Part shown: positions 19,749-29,503 of the stretch, piece after piece
Layout of the letters: every line of letters starts with the position of its first letter
How positions within the stretch are numbered: position 1 is the stretch's first letter
Source: a virus
Taxonomy: Duplodnaviria; Caudoviricetes
DNA length: 52,578 nucleotides
Strand: one strand, 5' to 3'
IMG/VR virus record: IMGVR_UViG_3300022918_000015
Coordinates: 1 to 52,578 of that record
Notes under the pieces: generated by a model
Databases searched by the model: none
The model's input: only the letters and a program-made list of their open reading frames with translations
Told to the model about the DNA's origin: nothing
Position numbers and translations under genes: made by a program

Positions 19749-20051
19749 TTAAACCATCTGTATCAATTTACCATCAGAATCTAACAAATATTGAATATTA
19801 TAATATCCGTCTAATATTTGATATATTTGCTCCAAATCCATTTCTGCCGAAGCATATTCTTGAGTGATAGGATGAAAATATTCGTTAACTGCTTTTAAAA
19901 ACAATCTTTCAAATTGATTTTGAGATAACACATTTTTATTAGTAGTATGATTTAAATAAAAATAATAAGCAGGGAGCGTTGGATACTCCCTGTTTACTAA
20001 ATTACTTAAATAAATTCGTCTAAATTGATCAAACTCCTTTATTTGTGACAT
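19749..20051 (-). CDS. Hypothetical protein
   Basis: 100-aa tiled ORF. Confidence 0.7.
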   Translation of the reverse strand: MSQIKEFDQFRRIYLSNLVNREYPTLPAYYFYLNHTTNKNVLSQNQFERLFLKAVNEYFHPITQEYASAEMDLEQIYQILDGYYNIQYLLDSDGKLIQMV

Positions 20052-20238
20052 TTTGTTCTTCTTTTGTTTTAATTGTATTTTTTACAACAATATCATCTAA
20101 ATCCTTCATAGATGAAGAATCGCCTTTAGTTTCTACTAATTCTTTAACATCAAATATAACATTTGTCATTTGAATGTCAAGTGGTAATCCTATACTATTG
20201 CAAAGTCTACAAAATATTATTTTTTCTTTTTCAGTCAT
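20029..20238 (-). CDS. Hypothetical protein
   Basis: 69-aa tiled ORF. Confidence 0.6.
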   Translation of the reverse strand: MTEKEKIIFCRLCNSIGLPLDIQMTNVIFDVKELVETKGDSSSMKDLDDIVVKNTIKTKEEQNVTNKGV

Positions 20239-20416
20239 TTTTTAATTTTTTTATTTCAAATCCAATATACAACATAGCTGCAAATATTGAATTATACAAG
20301 ATTTCATTTGTTATTTGTTTTTCAAAAAAACATATCTGTACTATAGTTATAATAAAAATTATCAATATAGACATTTGGAAAATTAATCCAATTAAATTAT
20401 ATACATCTTTATTCAT
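20231..20416 (-). CDS. Small two-TM membrane protein
   Basis: Two hydrophobic segments in 61 aa. Confidence 0.6.
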   Translation of the reverse strand: MNKDVYNLIGLIFQMSILIIFIITIVQICFFEKQITNEILYNSIFAAMLYIGFEIKKLKND

Positions 20417-20419
20417 GAT

Positions 20420-20893
20420 TTATTTATTATTAGTACTTCCAAATCCTCCAAGCCCTCTTTCTGTTTCAACAAGTTCTTCAACTTCTTCAAATTCTACTTT
20501 AGGATAAGGCATTATAATCATTTGAGCAATTCTATCTCCAACTTCATAATATTTGCTAAAAGAAGATGCTGTAATTATAGCCAAATCCGTACTAGTATCA
20601 TGATCGGTTGGATTGAGAATTCTTTTAAATCTTATTTTAATAGGACCTCTATATCCGGAATCAACAACTCCAACTGAATTGGACATAATTAAATCTTGAT
20701 TAGAATTACTACTTCTTGGATAAATTAAACCAACATGACCTTCTGGTATTTCAAATGATAATCCAGTATTATATTCTATATAATCTCCAACATGCTTAAT
20801 TGATATTGCTGTTAAATCTAATCCAGCATCACCTGGTTTGGAATAATGTGGTATTACTGCTTTTTGATCTAATTTCTTTATTTTTATCTTCAT
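20420..20893 (-). CDS. dut: Trimeric dUTPase
   Basis: AGLDL, PRSS, GVVDSGYRG, GDRIAQ and RGLGGFGST motifs. Confidence 0.96.
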   Translation of the reverse strand: MKIKIKKLDQKAVIPHYSKPGDAGLDLTAISIKHVGDYIEYNTGLSFEIPEGHVGLIYPRSSNSNQDLIMSNSVGVVDSGYRGPIKIRFKRILNPTDHDTSTDLAIITASSFSKYYEVGDRIAQMIIMPYPKVEFEEVEELVETERGLGGFGSTNNK

Positions 20894-21170
20894 TAATATT
20901 TATTTGAATTTGACATAAATTATATGTTATATCTTGTTGTTGAAATTTACCTGTATAAACCTTACTTTCTACAGTTAGTAAATTTTTCTTTAATTGTTCC
21001 GTGGTGTATAACGCTAAATTAGCATCATTGAGTTTAATTAAGATTCGTTTATTATTCTCAATAACGTCTTGCATTACCCAACTCGGTATTTTAACTATAT
21101 TCTTATTATATAAAGACTTAGTGTTGTAAACTACAAAATCAGTCCTTATTAATATATTCTTTTTCGTCAT
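20829..21170 (-). CDS. Hypothetical protein
   Basis: 113-aa ORF overlapping the dut start. Confidence 0.6.
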   Translation of the reverse strand: MTKKNILIRTDFVVYNTKSLYNKNIVKIPSWVMQDVIENNKRILIKLNDANLALYTTEQLKKNLLTVESKVYTGKFQQQDITYNLCQIQININEDKNKEIRSKSSNTTLFQTR

Positions 21171-21684
21171 CTTTAATGTATTTAAAATTTTCGCATTCTA
21201 AATCAGGAAGTGACGAGAGATCCATTCCTTCGGGAATTTTGATATTTAAGTTTTCTTCTATTTCATGTTTTAATCTAATATCCCTGTTTATTATTTTTAT
21301 TATCTTGTGATCATTGGTTAGTTCAAAATTCTTTTTTAAAAAATTTATTAATAATTCTTTATTAGGAAGGTAGCTGTACTTACCTGATACATATAAATCA
21401 ACAGTCTCAAATAACTCATCTGGTATATCAAAAATATATAATACCTCTTTTTTATTTATGTCAACTGTTCCTTTATAATATTTGTTATTTTCTAATTCTC
21501 TTTCATATTCTGTAAATTCTTTCTTACCTGAATATTCATATCTTAAACAAAAGGCATATTCATTATTATAAAATAAATAAGTATTATTTAATTTTGCTAT
21601 ATACTTAATTTTTATATACTGATTTATATAAGCCAATAAATATGACTTACTTTTATTAAGTTTATTACTTTGGCTTTCAGCCAT
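21139..21684 (-). CDS. Hypothetical protein of the replication block
   Basis: 181-aa ORF next to the nuclease gene. Confidence 0.7.
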   Translation of the reverse strand: MAESQSNKLNKSKSYLLAYINQYIKIKYIAKLNNTYLFYNNEYAFCLRYEYSGKKEFTEYERELENNKYYKGTVDINKKEVLYIFDIPDELFETVDLYVSGKYSYLPNKELLINFLKKNFELTNDHKIIKIINRDIRLKHEIEENLNIKIPEGMDLSSLPDLECENFKYIKDDEKEYINKD

Positions 21685-21726
21685 ATTATAAATTGTTTAT
21701 TTAAAAACAATTGTCATCATTCTTTA

Positions 21727-22716
21727 TTACTTTTTCTTGTAATAATTGTATTCATTTAAAAGAGTATGAACTCCTTTTCTTGGCTTTTTAACAAAAGTTC
21801 CATCCTCTTGTTTTTCTGTTACTTCCCATCCGTTTAATGCAATATGATGCATAGTTTTTGGAACTATAAATTCGCAATGAGAACCATCCATCCTGCTTAC
21901 ATAAACAAATTTAAAAGGATCTACTCTATAATTTTTATATATTGGATGTTTCTTAATTTCTTCTTTAAATAGTTCATAATATAAGGCAGATTGAATATAA
22001 TAATTCCATCCTAAATATCCATTATTTAAAAATTCAGTTGCTGGATAACTACCTGTTTTTAAGTCATAAGGGGTTATGGTTTCACTAATATCGTCTATTA
22101 CGACAAAATCTAACATACCTTTTACCTGACACTTGTTTACTTCTCCTAGCAACTTAACTTGAGCAATTACTTTATTGCCACCAAATCCATCAATAATATA
22201 TGGATATACATCTCTAATTATTTTAACACATTGTTTCGCTTGATAATATAAATAATCACTTATTATAAAGCTATCTTCCGGACTATTTATTAAAACATTA
22301 TAATAATCTTGATAATTTTTTAATCCATCTATGCGCTTTACGCTTCTAGATCCGGAATTATATTTAATTGTATCACAACACTTGTTTATTAAATCATGAT
22401 TATCAGGATGTAATAATTCAGTTTTATTAGGATGATACTGTCTTGTTTTTGCAAGCACTCTTAAAATATCTTTTGCCTTACCTGTAGGTTTCTTTTTTAC
22501 TACATAAAAATTATCTGGAAGCTTATTTTCGGTTAATAAATTATCAACCAACTTTCCAACCATAACTCCATCAAGTTCATTTATATCTGTATTTCTAACG
22601 CCATCAATAGCGCTAGAACCTACCTTACTCATATCTGATAATAAACTATAACTAGGATAAGGTAATTCTCGATATTCTAATTCACTTATTTGCAATCCTA
22701 TAGTGTTTTCATCCAT
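21727..22716 (-). CDS. PD-(D/E)xK exonuclease
   Basis: SYSLLS N-terminus; KGMLDFV...YDLKT; YYIQSALY. Confidence 0.8.
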   Translation of the reverse strand: MDENTIGLQISELEYRELPYPSYSLLSDMSKVGSSAIDGVRNTDINELDGVMVGKLVDNLLTENKLPDNFYVVKKKPTGKAKDILRVLAKTRQYHPNKTELLHPDNHDLINKCCDTIKYNSGSRSVKRIDGLKNYQDYYNVLINSPEDSFIISDYLYYQAKQCVKIIRDVYPYIIDGFGGNKVIAQVKLLGEVNKCQVKGMLDFVVIDDISETITPYDLKTGSYPATEFLNNGYLGWNYYIQSALYYELFKEEIKKHPIYKNYRVDPFKFVYVSRMDGSHCEFIVPKTMHHIALNGWEVTEKQEDGTFVKKPRKGVHTLLNEYNYYKKK

Positions 22717-22739
22717 TATAGTATTTTTAAGAATTATTA

Positions 22740-23213
22740 TTAATAATCAATAATAATTTCTATTTTTCTATTTGTTATATCCTGAACTTCAATAAATTCA
22801 TAAGATATTTTTTTTAATACATCAACATTATCATCTATAATAATACCGTTTAATACTAATGTATCATTCCCAACTTTAATCCACAAAGAAGCTAAATTTT
22901 CAATATCCCAACTAGCTTTATAAGACTTAGTAACGGGTTTCCAACATAATTTACCAGATCTCATAGATATACTTCCATGATTTTTAACGGTATATATTTT
23001 ATAGGTAATTTGTTTAACTACAGTTATATTATGACCAACATATGGAATCATATAACTTGTTAAATACTTATGCAAATCATCTACTATTTTAGCTCTTGTA
23101 AATCTATGTATAGAACCAGAGTATATTCCCTGATTATTTATTTTCTGATATTTATTAGCTGATTTATTACAATGAGTCCAAAATTCAGGTATTTCAATTA
23201 TGATTTTACTCAT
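22740..23213 (-). CDS. RusA-like Holliday junction resolvase
   Basis: WDIENL...KVGNDTL...IIIDDN acidic pattern; start taken at MSKIII. Confidence 0.6.
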   Translation of the reverse strand: MSKIIIEIPEFWTHCNKSANKYQKINNQGIYSGSIHRFTRAKIVDDLHKYLTSYMIPYVGHNITVVKQITYKIYTVKNHGSISMRSGKLCWKPVTKSYKASWDIENLASLWIKVGNDTLVLNGIIIDDNVDVLKKISYEFIEVQDITNRKIEIIIDY

Positions 23214-23518
23214 TAAAAACATTCACCAAATGCACCGCCAAACAATTTAACAACTACATCATATTCTTCTTTTGTTATTTCACTAATTTTTAAAGTTGAA
23301 ATATAATCATTTTCATTTTCAAATTCTACAGCTTCATTGGAACCGAAATAAATTTCCATAGGAAAATCACCTCGCTCGCCAATAAGATTTTGTACGAGTT
23401 CTTTTTTTAATTTTTCTTCTGATTCTGCTTCTTGAATCCAAAAACCTTCCAAATCAAATTCATCAGCATAATTGGTTTCTTGCTCTACCAAATAATATTT
23501 TTTATTCTCCATCTTCAT
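23213..23518 (-). CDS. Hypothetical protein
   Basis: Acidic 101-aa ORF. Confidence 0.7.
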   Translation of the reverse strand: MKMENKKYYLVEQETNYADEFDLEGFWIQEAESEEKLKKELVQNLIGERGDFPMEIYFGSNEAVEFENENDYISTLKISEITKEEYDVVVKLFGGAFGECF

Positions 23519-23708
23519 TATATTCTTTTAGATATAAATCTATTAAAAATTTTGTTTTCTCAAGATCTTCTTTAAATAATCCTTTCTTACGACATCTTAT
23601 AATTCTTTTTAAAATATCGAATTCCCAAGCATTTAAATCATGATCTTCAGCAAATTTATATAAACTTCCTTTTTCGTTATTGTAGTATTCAGGTTCATTC
23701 TGACTCAT
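23502..23708 (-). CDS. DUF3310-like small phage protein
   Basis: PEYY...ILKRIIRCRKKG...EDLEK pattern. Confidence 0.65.
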   Translation of the reverse strand: MSQNEPEYYNNEKGSLYKFAEDHDLNAWEFDILKRIIRCRKKGLFKEDLEKTKFLIDLYLKEYNEDGE

Positions 23709-24072
23709 CTAAATAAGTTATTTCTATTTTTACTTTTCTTTTGTTATAAGTGCCATAATAAACATTATTTTCTTGTTTTTCAATCATAAATTCTTTAGGT
23801 CCTTTATAATCCCAAAAATCTAATACTTCTTGAGAAATAATTACTTCCTCTCCTTGATATAATTCACTCCACATAGTATCTGCATCAGCATATACTGACA
23901 TCTCTAATGATTTATTCCAAGTAAAAGCTGTGTTTATATCTATAAAACCATGAGAATTATTTTCACCTGAAGAAGTTTTACCTAATTGGCTTTTCATATT
24001 TCTATAAACAGCTGATTTTATTGGTTCTGGCAAACACTCTATATTTGATCCAGTTTCTAATCTTATTTTCAT
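23695..24072 (-). CDS. Hypothetical protein
   Basis: 125-aa tiled ORF. Confidence 0.65.
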   Translation of the reverse strand: MKIRLETGSNIECLPEPIKSAVYRNMKSQLGKTSSGENNSHGFIDINTAFTWNKSLEMSVYADADTMWSELYQGEEVIISQEVLDFWDYKGPKEFMIEKQENNVYYGTYNKRKVKIEITYLDESE

Positions 24073-25085
24073 TCTATTAATTCATTTAATACTTTTCTAC
24101 CTTTCTCCTTTCCTCTGTATTTTACTAAATCTGAAAAATCTTTTGCTTTATGTAGATCATCTATTTTAATATTTATCAATTCAGGATATTTTAAACAAAG
24201 CTTTTCAGCCATTTTCTGACCATTATTCTGTTCTTTATGAGTATCATTATCATAAAGTAAATAAACTCTCTTAAAACGCTTTAAAATAGCTTTTAAAACC
24301 ACTTCTTTAGGCATTATACTTTCGGCTTGAAATGAAACACTCGGAATTCCAGAAACATTGATTATGGCTAAAGCATCTTTTCTGCTAGAAGTAATAATTA
24401 ATTTATCTCCAGTTTCAGGTAAGGTGTTCCATAATTCCCATACAGAATAATCGTTTCCAGATATAAACTTTTTGTATTTACTAAAAGGTTGATATATCTT
24501 ATACGTTACCTTATTGTCTTTTTTTTCTATATAAGCATAAGCATATCTATCTGCTCTATAACAAATATCATTAATAAAGAAATAAGATATAGCAACTATA
24601 GTTCCTAATTTTAAATGATCTATATCTACTCCATAACTATTCCAATATTCTAAATCATCAGAATTGAATTCTCTTGATTTTATTTGTATTTTAGAATATC
24701 CTGTAGATAATGTTTTACTTGGATTTCTATATTTTGCTTTTTTAGTTTGTATAAAATAATTTATAGTAGCTATTTCAAATTCACTTCTTAAATTAAAATC
24801 AGTAACAATTTGTATTAAGCACTCATTAAAATTGATATTATATAATTGTTTAACAAAATTAAAACAATTACCTGTATCGCCTGTAGCAAAATCTTTATAT
24901 CTAAAATACCTATTACTTCCACCGATAATAAAACTAGGTTGATTGTCAACCCTGAATGGAGAACTAAATGGTACATTAAATTTAAAATTCTTAGGTAAAT
25001 ACATTTTATAAATATCTTCTTCTGAAATATAACTTAATATATTCTTAACATTTAATTCTTTTAATTCTTTTATTATCAATGTCAT
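24069..25085 (-). CDS. DNA primase (DnaG-like TOPRIM, crAss type)
   Basis: SPFRVDNQPSF, YKDFATG..GNCF, IITSSRKD, YDND, KDFSD; start moved to ATG 25085. Confidence 0.88.
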   Translation of the reverse strand: MTLIIKELKELNVKNILSYISEEDIYKMYLPKNFKFNVPFSSPFRVDNQPSFIIGGSNRYFRYKDFATGDTGNCFNFVKQLYNINFNECLIQIVTDFNLRSEFEIATINYFIQTKKAKYRNPSKTLSTGYSKIQIKSREFNSDDLEYWNSYGVDIDHLKLGTIVAISYFFINDICYRADRYAYAYIEKKDNKVTYKIYQPFSKYKKFISGNDYSVWELWNTLPETGDKLIITSSRKDALAIINVSGIPSVSFQAESIMPKEVVLKAILKRFKRVYLLYDNDTHKEQNNGQKMAEKLCLKYPELINIKIDDLHKAKDFSDLVKYRGKEKGRKVLNELIE

Positions 25086-25094
25086 TAAAATAAA

Positions 25095-25174
25095 AATAAT
25101 TAGGCTGTCTAGTGCATTTACCAAGGCTAATCCTATAACTGTATTTCAAGCTACTTCCAAAGCACCTAATTATT
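25095..25174 (-). ncRNA. Stem-bracketed intergenic structured element
   Basis: Perfect 10-bp AATAATTAGG/CCTAATTATT around a 60-nt core with short internal stems. Confidence 0.45.
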
Positions 25175-25190
25175 AATTTATTTATTTGTT

Positions 25191-25292
25191 ATAAACAACA
25201 TATTTAATTTATATTTTTCCTGGGTAATCTTTGCGGATTGCTATCTTTATTCAAGTCCCTGCAAGCAAATAATTTTAAAATATGTTGTTTAT
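25191..25292. ncRNA. Stem-bracketed intergenic structured element
   Basis: Perfect 15-bp ATAAACAACATATTT/AAATATGTTGTTTAT around a GC-richer core. Confidence 0.5.
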
Positions 25293-25295
25293 TTA

Positions 25296-26168
25296 TTAGA
25301 AAGGCAGATCGTCGTGATCTTCTTCGTTGAATGTAGTATCATCTGGTTTAGGAGAAGAATTTACATCATATTTTTTATATGACAAGTTATCTAGATTAAA
25401 TATAGTATTAGCATAACGTCCATTGTCTTGAGACTCTTTAACGGCTTTTACAATATATTCATTAGAAGAATCATTTCCTACCATGTATTTTCTAAGCGGA
25501 TATTCTTTATACATATCTTGATAAACCTTACCAGAGTCTGCATTTCTAGCTCCCAACAAGAATCCTACATTAGCATCTGGATTACTCATAATAATATTTC
25601 TAATATCTTTGAAATCTCCTTTAAACATTTTTTGTAAGTCAGCTTCGTCAAATTCAGTAATATATTTATCTTTATCTTCTTGAGTTGACTTCATTGTAAT
25701 TTTACTGAAATTTCTCAAAGCTCTGATAAAGTTTACTAAATCTTTTTCACCTCTTTTCATTGGTTTAATACCTTCGTTAACAAACCATTCCATGTTGCTA
25801 GGCATTGTTTTAGCATCAATATGAGATTTTTCCAACCAAGTGTCTGAACCATATTTATTTATAACCGCTAACTTACCTGATGAAGATTCCTGAACGTTAT
25901 CAACAATAGTGTAAGTTACTCTATCTACAATATCAAAATTACTAGGACTTTGTAGATAAACAGTAATATTTGCAAGTTTATAATTAATACCATTAATTTC
26001 ACGTTCTCCAGTATAAACCGGTTCGTCTTCTGGTACAAATTGATTTAATTCTTTTAATTTAGCTTTATCAGGATTAACTGCAACTACTCTATAGTTAGCT
26101 TTACCTTGATAAACTTCTTTAGGAATAAAGTTCCCACCTCTTTCTTCATTTTCATTTGATATGTTCAT
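25296..26168 (-). CDS. Putative single-stranded DNA-binding protein
   Basis: Acidic tail ending DDLPF; VVAVNP motif; located between AAA_24 and primase genes. Confidence 0.6.
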   Translation of the reverse strand: MNISNENEERGGNFIPKEVYQGKANYRVVAVNPDKAKLKELNQFVPEDEPVYTGEREINGINYKLANITVYLQSPSNFDIVDRVTYTIVDNVQESSSGKLAVINKYGSDTWLEKSHIDAKTMPSNMEWFVNEGIKPMKRGEKDLVNFIRALRNFSKITMKSTQEDKDKYITEFDEADLQKMFKGDFKDIRNIIMSNPDANVGFLLGARNADSGKVYQDMYKEYPLRKYMVGNDSSNEYIVKAVKESQDNGRYANTIFNLDNLSYKKYDVNSSPKPDDTTFNEEDHDDLPF

Positions 26169-26192
26169 ATCTTTCTTTCTCTTTATTTATTA

Positions 26193-26780
26193 TTAGGCGT
26201 TTAAATTATCTTTCATTAATTCTGGATTGACGTAATTAACTTCATTAACTACCATTTCCATTCCAGTCTCATAACCATGTTCATCAGCTTCTTTTTGCTC
26301 TTCTTCATCTAGTATATTTGATACTTCTGCGTCAGAATTTTTAAAATCCTCTGTTATTTTTTGATCTTCAGTTTCATTCATCATTTGTAATTCATAAACA
26401 CTATTACCATTAAACTTCTGTTCTGTTTCAACAAAAAATAATTCTAATGTATCGGCATCAGTTAAACCATATTGTCTGGTTTTGATATAACTATAATGTT
26501 TTTTATCAGCAAATCCTTGAGTAGTTTTACCTACTTTTAATCCCGATGTTCCTATACTACCAGAAGTATTTACAATAAATGTTCTACTTCCTGAAAAACT
26601 AAAACTAATCTGATTACTTGCATCAGTTAGATTTAATAACTCAAGAGCTTTGTCATTTAAAATCATTTTTCTACCACCACCTTCTTTCTCTACTGGTAAA
26701 AATGTAATTACTCCCTGATCAGGATATTTTTCTTCTTTTTTAATTCTTAAATTTGGTACACCAAAATTCATGTTATTCAT
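26193..26780 (-). CDS. Hypothetical protein with acidic tail
   Basis: 195-aa ORF. Confidence 0.75.
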   Translation of the reverse strand: MNNMNFGVPNLRIKKEEKYPDQGVITFLPVEKEGGGRKMILNDKALELLNLTDASNQISFSFSGSRTFIVNTSGSIGTSGLKVGKTTQGFADKKHYSYIKTRQYGLTDADTLELFFVETEQKFNGNSVYELQMMNETEDQKITEDFKNSDAEVSNILDEEEQKEADEHGYETGMEMVVNEVNYVNPELMKDNLNA

Positions 26781-26849
26781 TTATATATTTTATATTTCTA
26801 TATAATCTTTGTCAAAAGTGTTTATACTCACTCCCTGAGTTGATATTAT

Positions 26850-27494
26850 TTATTTTACATATTCTTCAATACATTCTTGTACAAATGCACAATCATTATC
26901 AAATTTTGTTTTAGCCATTGGAATTAAATCAGGTGGACATTTACTGGACGAACCTTCTAAAGCGCTATCAAACCATGCTTCGGTTAATCCTTTTTCATTT
27001 TGTTTTCTATCCGAATACAATACAATTGTGAATTCTTTTTCAATCACACCTTCCCATTCTTTTCCTTTAACTTTAACACGCTTTTCTGGAGCGCCTTCAG
27101 GACTTAATATTTCATAATGTGCAGTCATATATACTTCTTTAGGAACTCTCTTAATCATATTAAGAAGATTACCTATTTCTTCGGCATATAAATTCCACAC
27201 ATCAAATCCTTTTTTTGTTTTTCTACATTCATATAAGAGTAAATCTACATAAGCAGAAAAACTATCAAAAAATATTACTTTAATATCAGGATTTTTAGCA
27301 TATTCAATCAACGCTTTAAATGCTTCCTGATAAGTATTACAACGTGTATGATATTTAAATTGACCCTTAAAAGGTAGAGGTTTATTTTCTACATTAATAA
27401 ATCCTGTCGTTTCTCTATCTAAATTTCTTGCAGAATAGGTTTTACCCTTTCCTGATTGTGATACAAGTAATACTTTATAAAAATCTCTTTGCAT
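26850..27494 (-). CDS. AAA_24 / Sak4-like P-loop ATPase
   Basis: SQSGKGKT Walker A, FFDS Walker B, TAH motif. Confidence 0.8.
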   Translation of the reverse strand: MQRDFYKVLLVSQSGKGKTYSARNLDRETTGFINVENKPLPFKGQFKYHTRCNTYQEAFKALIEYAKNPDIKVIFFDSFSAYVDLLLYECRKTKKGFDVWNLYAEEIGNLLNMIKRVPKEVYMTAHYEILSPEGAPEKRVKVKGKEWEGVIEKEFTIVLYSDRKQNEKGLTEAWFDSALEGSSSKCPPDLIPMAKTKFDNDCAFVQECIEEYVK

Positions 27495-27518
27495 TTTATT
27501 CTTTCAATAAAAATTCTT

Positions 27519-27701
27519 TTATTGTTTTGATAATTGTTCTAAATTATCATAATATAATTCTTCGATATATTTATTTTGAGCATCAATATCATAGCTTGTT
27601 TCAGTTAAAAACTGAGTTTTATCAATAGAAAAAGATAAGCATTCTATATATATTTTATCTTTTTTAAAAACTAATTTCTTCTTAAACTCTTCATAAGTCA
27701 T
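27519..27701 (-). CDS. Hypothetical protein
   Basis: 60-aa ORF. Confidence 0.55.
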   Translation of the reverse strand: MTYEEFKKKLVFKKDKIYIECLSFSIDKTQFLTETSYDIDAQNKYIEELYYDNLEQLSKQ

Positions 27702-27717
27702 TATATTAATTTATTAA

Positions 27718-27803
27718 AAAATAGTTAGCAGTTACTGATATTTACAATTAAGTAAAACTATCCCTCCTACCTTAGACTCTTCTCCCTCACTACTAACTAT
27801 TTT
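27718..27803 (-). ncRNA. Stem-bracketed intergenic structured element
   Basis: 11-bp AAAATAGTTAG/CTAACTATTTT, extended to 15 bp by a U-G wobble on the - strand. Confidence 0.45.
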
Positions 27804-27815
27804 AATTACTAACCT

Positions 27816-27980
27816 TTAATCTTCAGATTCTTCACTTTCTTCGGGTGGAAGATTAAAAACAACTTCTTCATCTGTTTCTGATTCTATAGTACAATTTCCC
27901 ATTTCCACATCTTCTTTAATCATAGCCGCAAAAGCATTAGCTTCGTCATGATCGTGAAATTTTAATACAATTCTTTTCAT
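27816..27980 (-). CDS. 54-aa acidic protein (not in ORF track)
   Basis: MKRIVLKFHDHDEANAFAAMIKEDVEMGNCTIESETDEEVVFNLPPEESEESED; abuts the upstream stop. Confidence 0.65.
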   Translation of the reverse strand: MKRIVLKFHDHDEANAFAAMIKEDVEMGNCTIESETDEEVVFNLPPEESEESED

Positions 27981-28376
27981 TTATTTATATTTAGTTATTT
28001 CATATTTCCATTTGTAAAGTTCGGTTCTTTGCAATTTATTAGCTTGTTTTTTATTCCAATGACGATATAGTGTTACTTTATTTAAACCATTTCTATCAGC
28101 TAGTTGATTTAAGTTTGCAGCATAATCTATTTCTTTGCCATCCAGCTTCAAAACAAATACTTCATCTTCACAACCATCACATTTAGAAATAGCTTGTAAT
28201 TTAGCTTTCTCTAAATCTAGTTCCTGAAGATCTTCATCTTTTTTTATAGAATCAACAGGTCCAATATATTCATAATTTTCTCTTTCCCACTTTTCTTGTT
28301 CACAAGATTGGTCTTTATTAGCTTTTTCTATGTTATTAAATATTAAATTAAATAACCAATTAAAAAAAATTCTCAT
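27981..28376 (-). CDS. Hypothetical protein with probable C-terminal HTH (NUMOD1-like)
   Basis: NLNQLADRNGLNKVTLYRH. Confidence 0.55.
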   Translation of the reverse strand: MRIFFNWLFNLIFNNIEKANKDQSCEQEKWERENYEYIGPVDSIKKDEDLQELDLEKAKLQAISKCDGCEDEVFVLKLDGKEIDYAANLNQLADRNGLNKVTLYRHWNKKQANKLQRTELYKWKYEITKYK

Positions 28377-28393
28377 ATTTGTTTAGTTTTAAA

Positions 28394-29368
28394 TTATTGT
28401 TTTTTTACTATATCTAACATTTTAGCTAATATTTCATCACGTTTTTCAGCAGGAACTCTCATAAGTTCTTCTTTAGCAGCTTTATCACCATACTTCAAAT
28501 ATATATCTTTGATTTTCTCAAATGTAATATCCTCAGATTTATCTTCTTTTTTACCAACAAGTTTACTTTCAAGTTCTTTAATGTTTTCCATTATTTTCTT
28601 TTCAACTTCTTTTTTATGATCTTGTTGACTAGTAGCTCCAAGCATATCTCGTTTCTCTTCAGCTTCTTCAATGATATCCCTCATCTTCTCCATATCACCT
28701 TTAAGGTCTAATAATTCAGATGTGGTCATATTTTTTAGAACATCCATATTATTCATATAGACTTTACCTAAAGCCTCGCCAATACTATCATTTTCAGTAA
28801 TAGCACCAGCTGGACAACTACCACTTCTTGAATTAACCGGATCAGGAGTTAAGACGTTTAAGTCAATAACTTCAAGCTTGTTATTATCATATATGGACAA
28901 TGTATGAGCATCTAAAGCCTTTTGATCTCCATTAAAATAATCAAGTCCATTTTTATTATATAATTCAGTTAATGACTTAATTAAGTAAGGTAAAGCTTTA
29001 GTTGGAAACCCTAACGATAATCCATTACATAAATTTAATGTGTGATTTTCAAAAGTTTCATCACTACATAGAATGATAGGCTGCTCAACACGCTTATGTC
29101 CGGTAATTTCATCTATAACAGTAGCTGTCTTGAATTTATTATCAATCTCTTTTTTATCAAGTGAATTAATCAAATCTTGAGCAACTTGATCTAATATTTC
29201 TTGTTCAGCTTTAGTTTTTTTCTTTTTTTTTGCCATTTCTTTATTATTAATATTTTGTTCTTTATTTTTATTTCGGTTATTAATAGATTTTTTAATAGTA
29301 AAAACTTTAATTAAAAAGTATATAGCTAATAATAAAAATATTAATGAAATAATATTTCCTACTGACAT
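28394..29368 (-). CDS. Hypothetical protein (N-terminal TM; possible internal start at 29236)
   Basis: 324 aa; hydrophobic N-terminus, then MAKKKKK; charged helical C-terminus. Confidence 0.7.
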   Translation of the reverse strand: MSVGNIISLIFLLLAIYFLIKVFTIKKSINNRNKNKEQNINNKEMAKKKKKTKAEQEILDQVAQDLINSLDKKEIDNKFKTATVIDEITGHKRVEQPIILCSDETFENHTLNLCNGLSLGFPTKALPYLIKSLTELYNKNGLDYFNGDQKALDAHTLSIYDNNKLEVIDLNVLTPDPVNSRSGSCPAGAITENDSIGEALGKVYMNNMDVLKNMTTSELLDLKGDMEKMRDIIEEAEEKRDMLGATSQQDHKKEVEKKIMENIKELESKLVGKKEDKSEDITFEKIKDIYLKYGDKAAKEELMRVPAEKRDEILAKMLDIVKKQ

Positions 29369-29502
29369 ACTTTAGCGTTTAAACCTCTTGATCTTTTGGT
29401 AAATCTACCAAAACCAACCTTAATTCCATTATCTAACTTGTCACCTTTGCCGCCAATTGATGCGTAAATTGTTTTCTTTCCTGTATTTTTTTCTCCTGCC
29501 AT
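29359..29502 (-). CDS. 47-aa basic Gly-rich protein (not in ORF track)
   Basis: MAGEKNTGKKTIYASIGGKGDKLDNGIKVGFGRFTKRSRGLNAKVCQ; fills the gap. Confidence 0.55.
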   Translation of the reverse strand: MAGEKNTGKKTIYASIGGKGDKLDNGIKVGFGRFTKRSRGLNAKVCQ

Positions 29503-29503
29503 T

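Noticed and set aside
25086-25124. ORF-track N-terminal extension of the primase, and likewise 49858-49911 and 14633-14656
   Set aside because: The extensions run into a structured element, a tRNA or the upstream gene; downstream ATGs fit better.
25191-25292. CRISPR-repeat mimic, suggested by GTTG/CAAC in the arms
   Set aside because: Orientation and length do not fit Bacteroidota type II or VI repeats.
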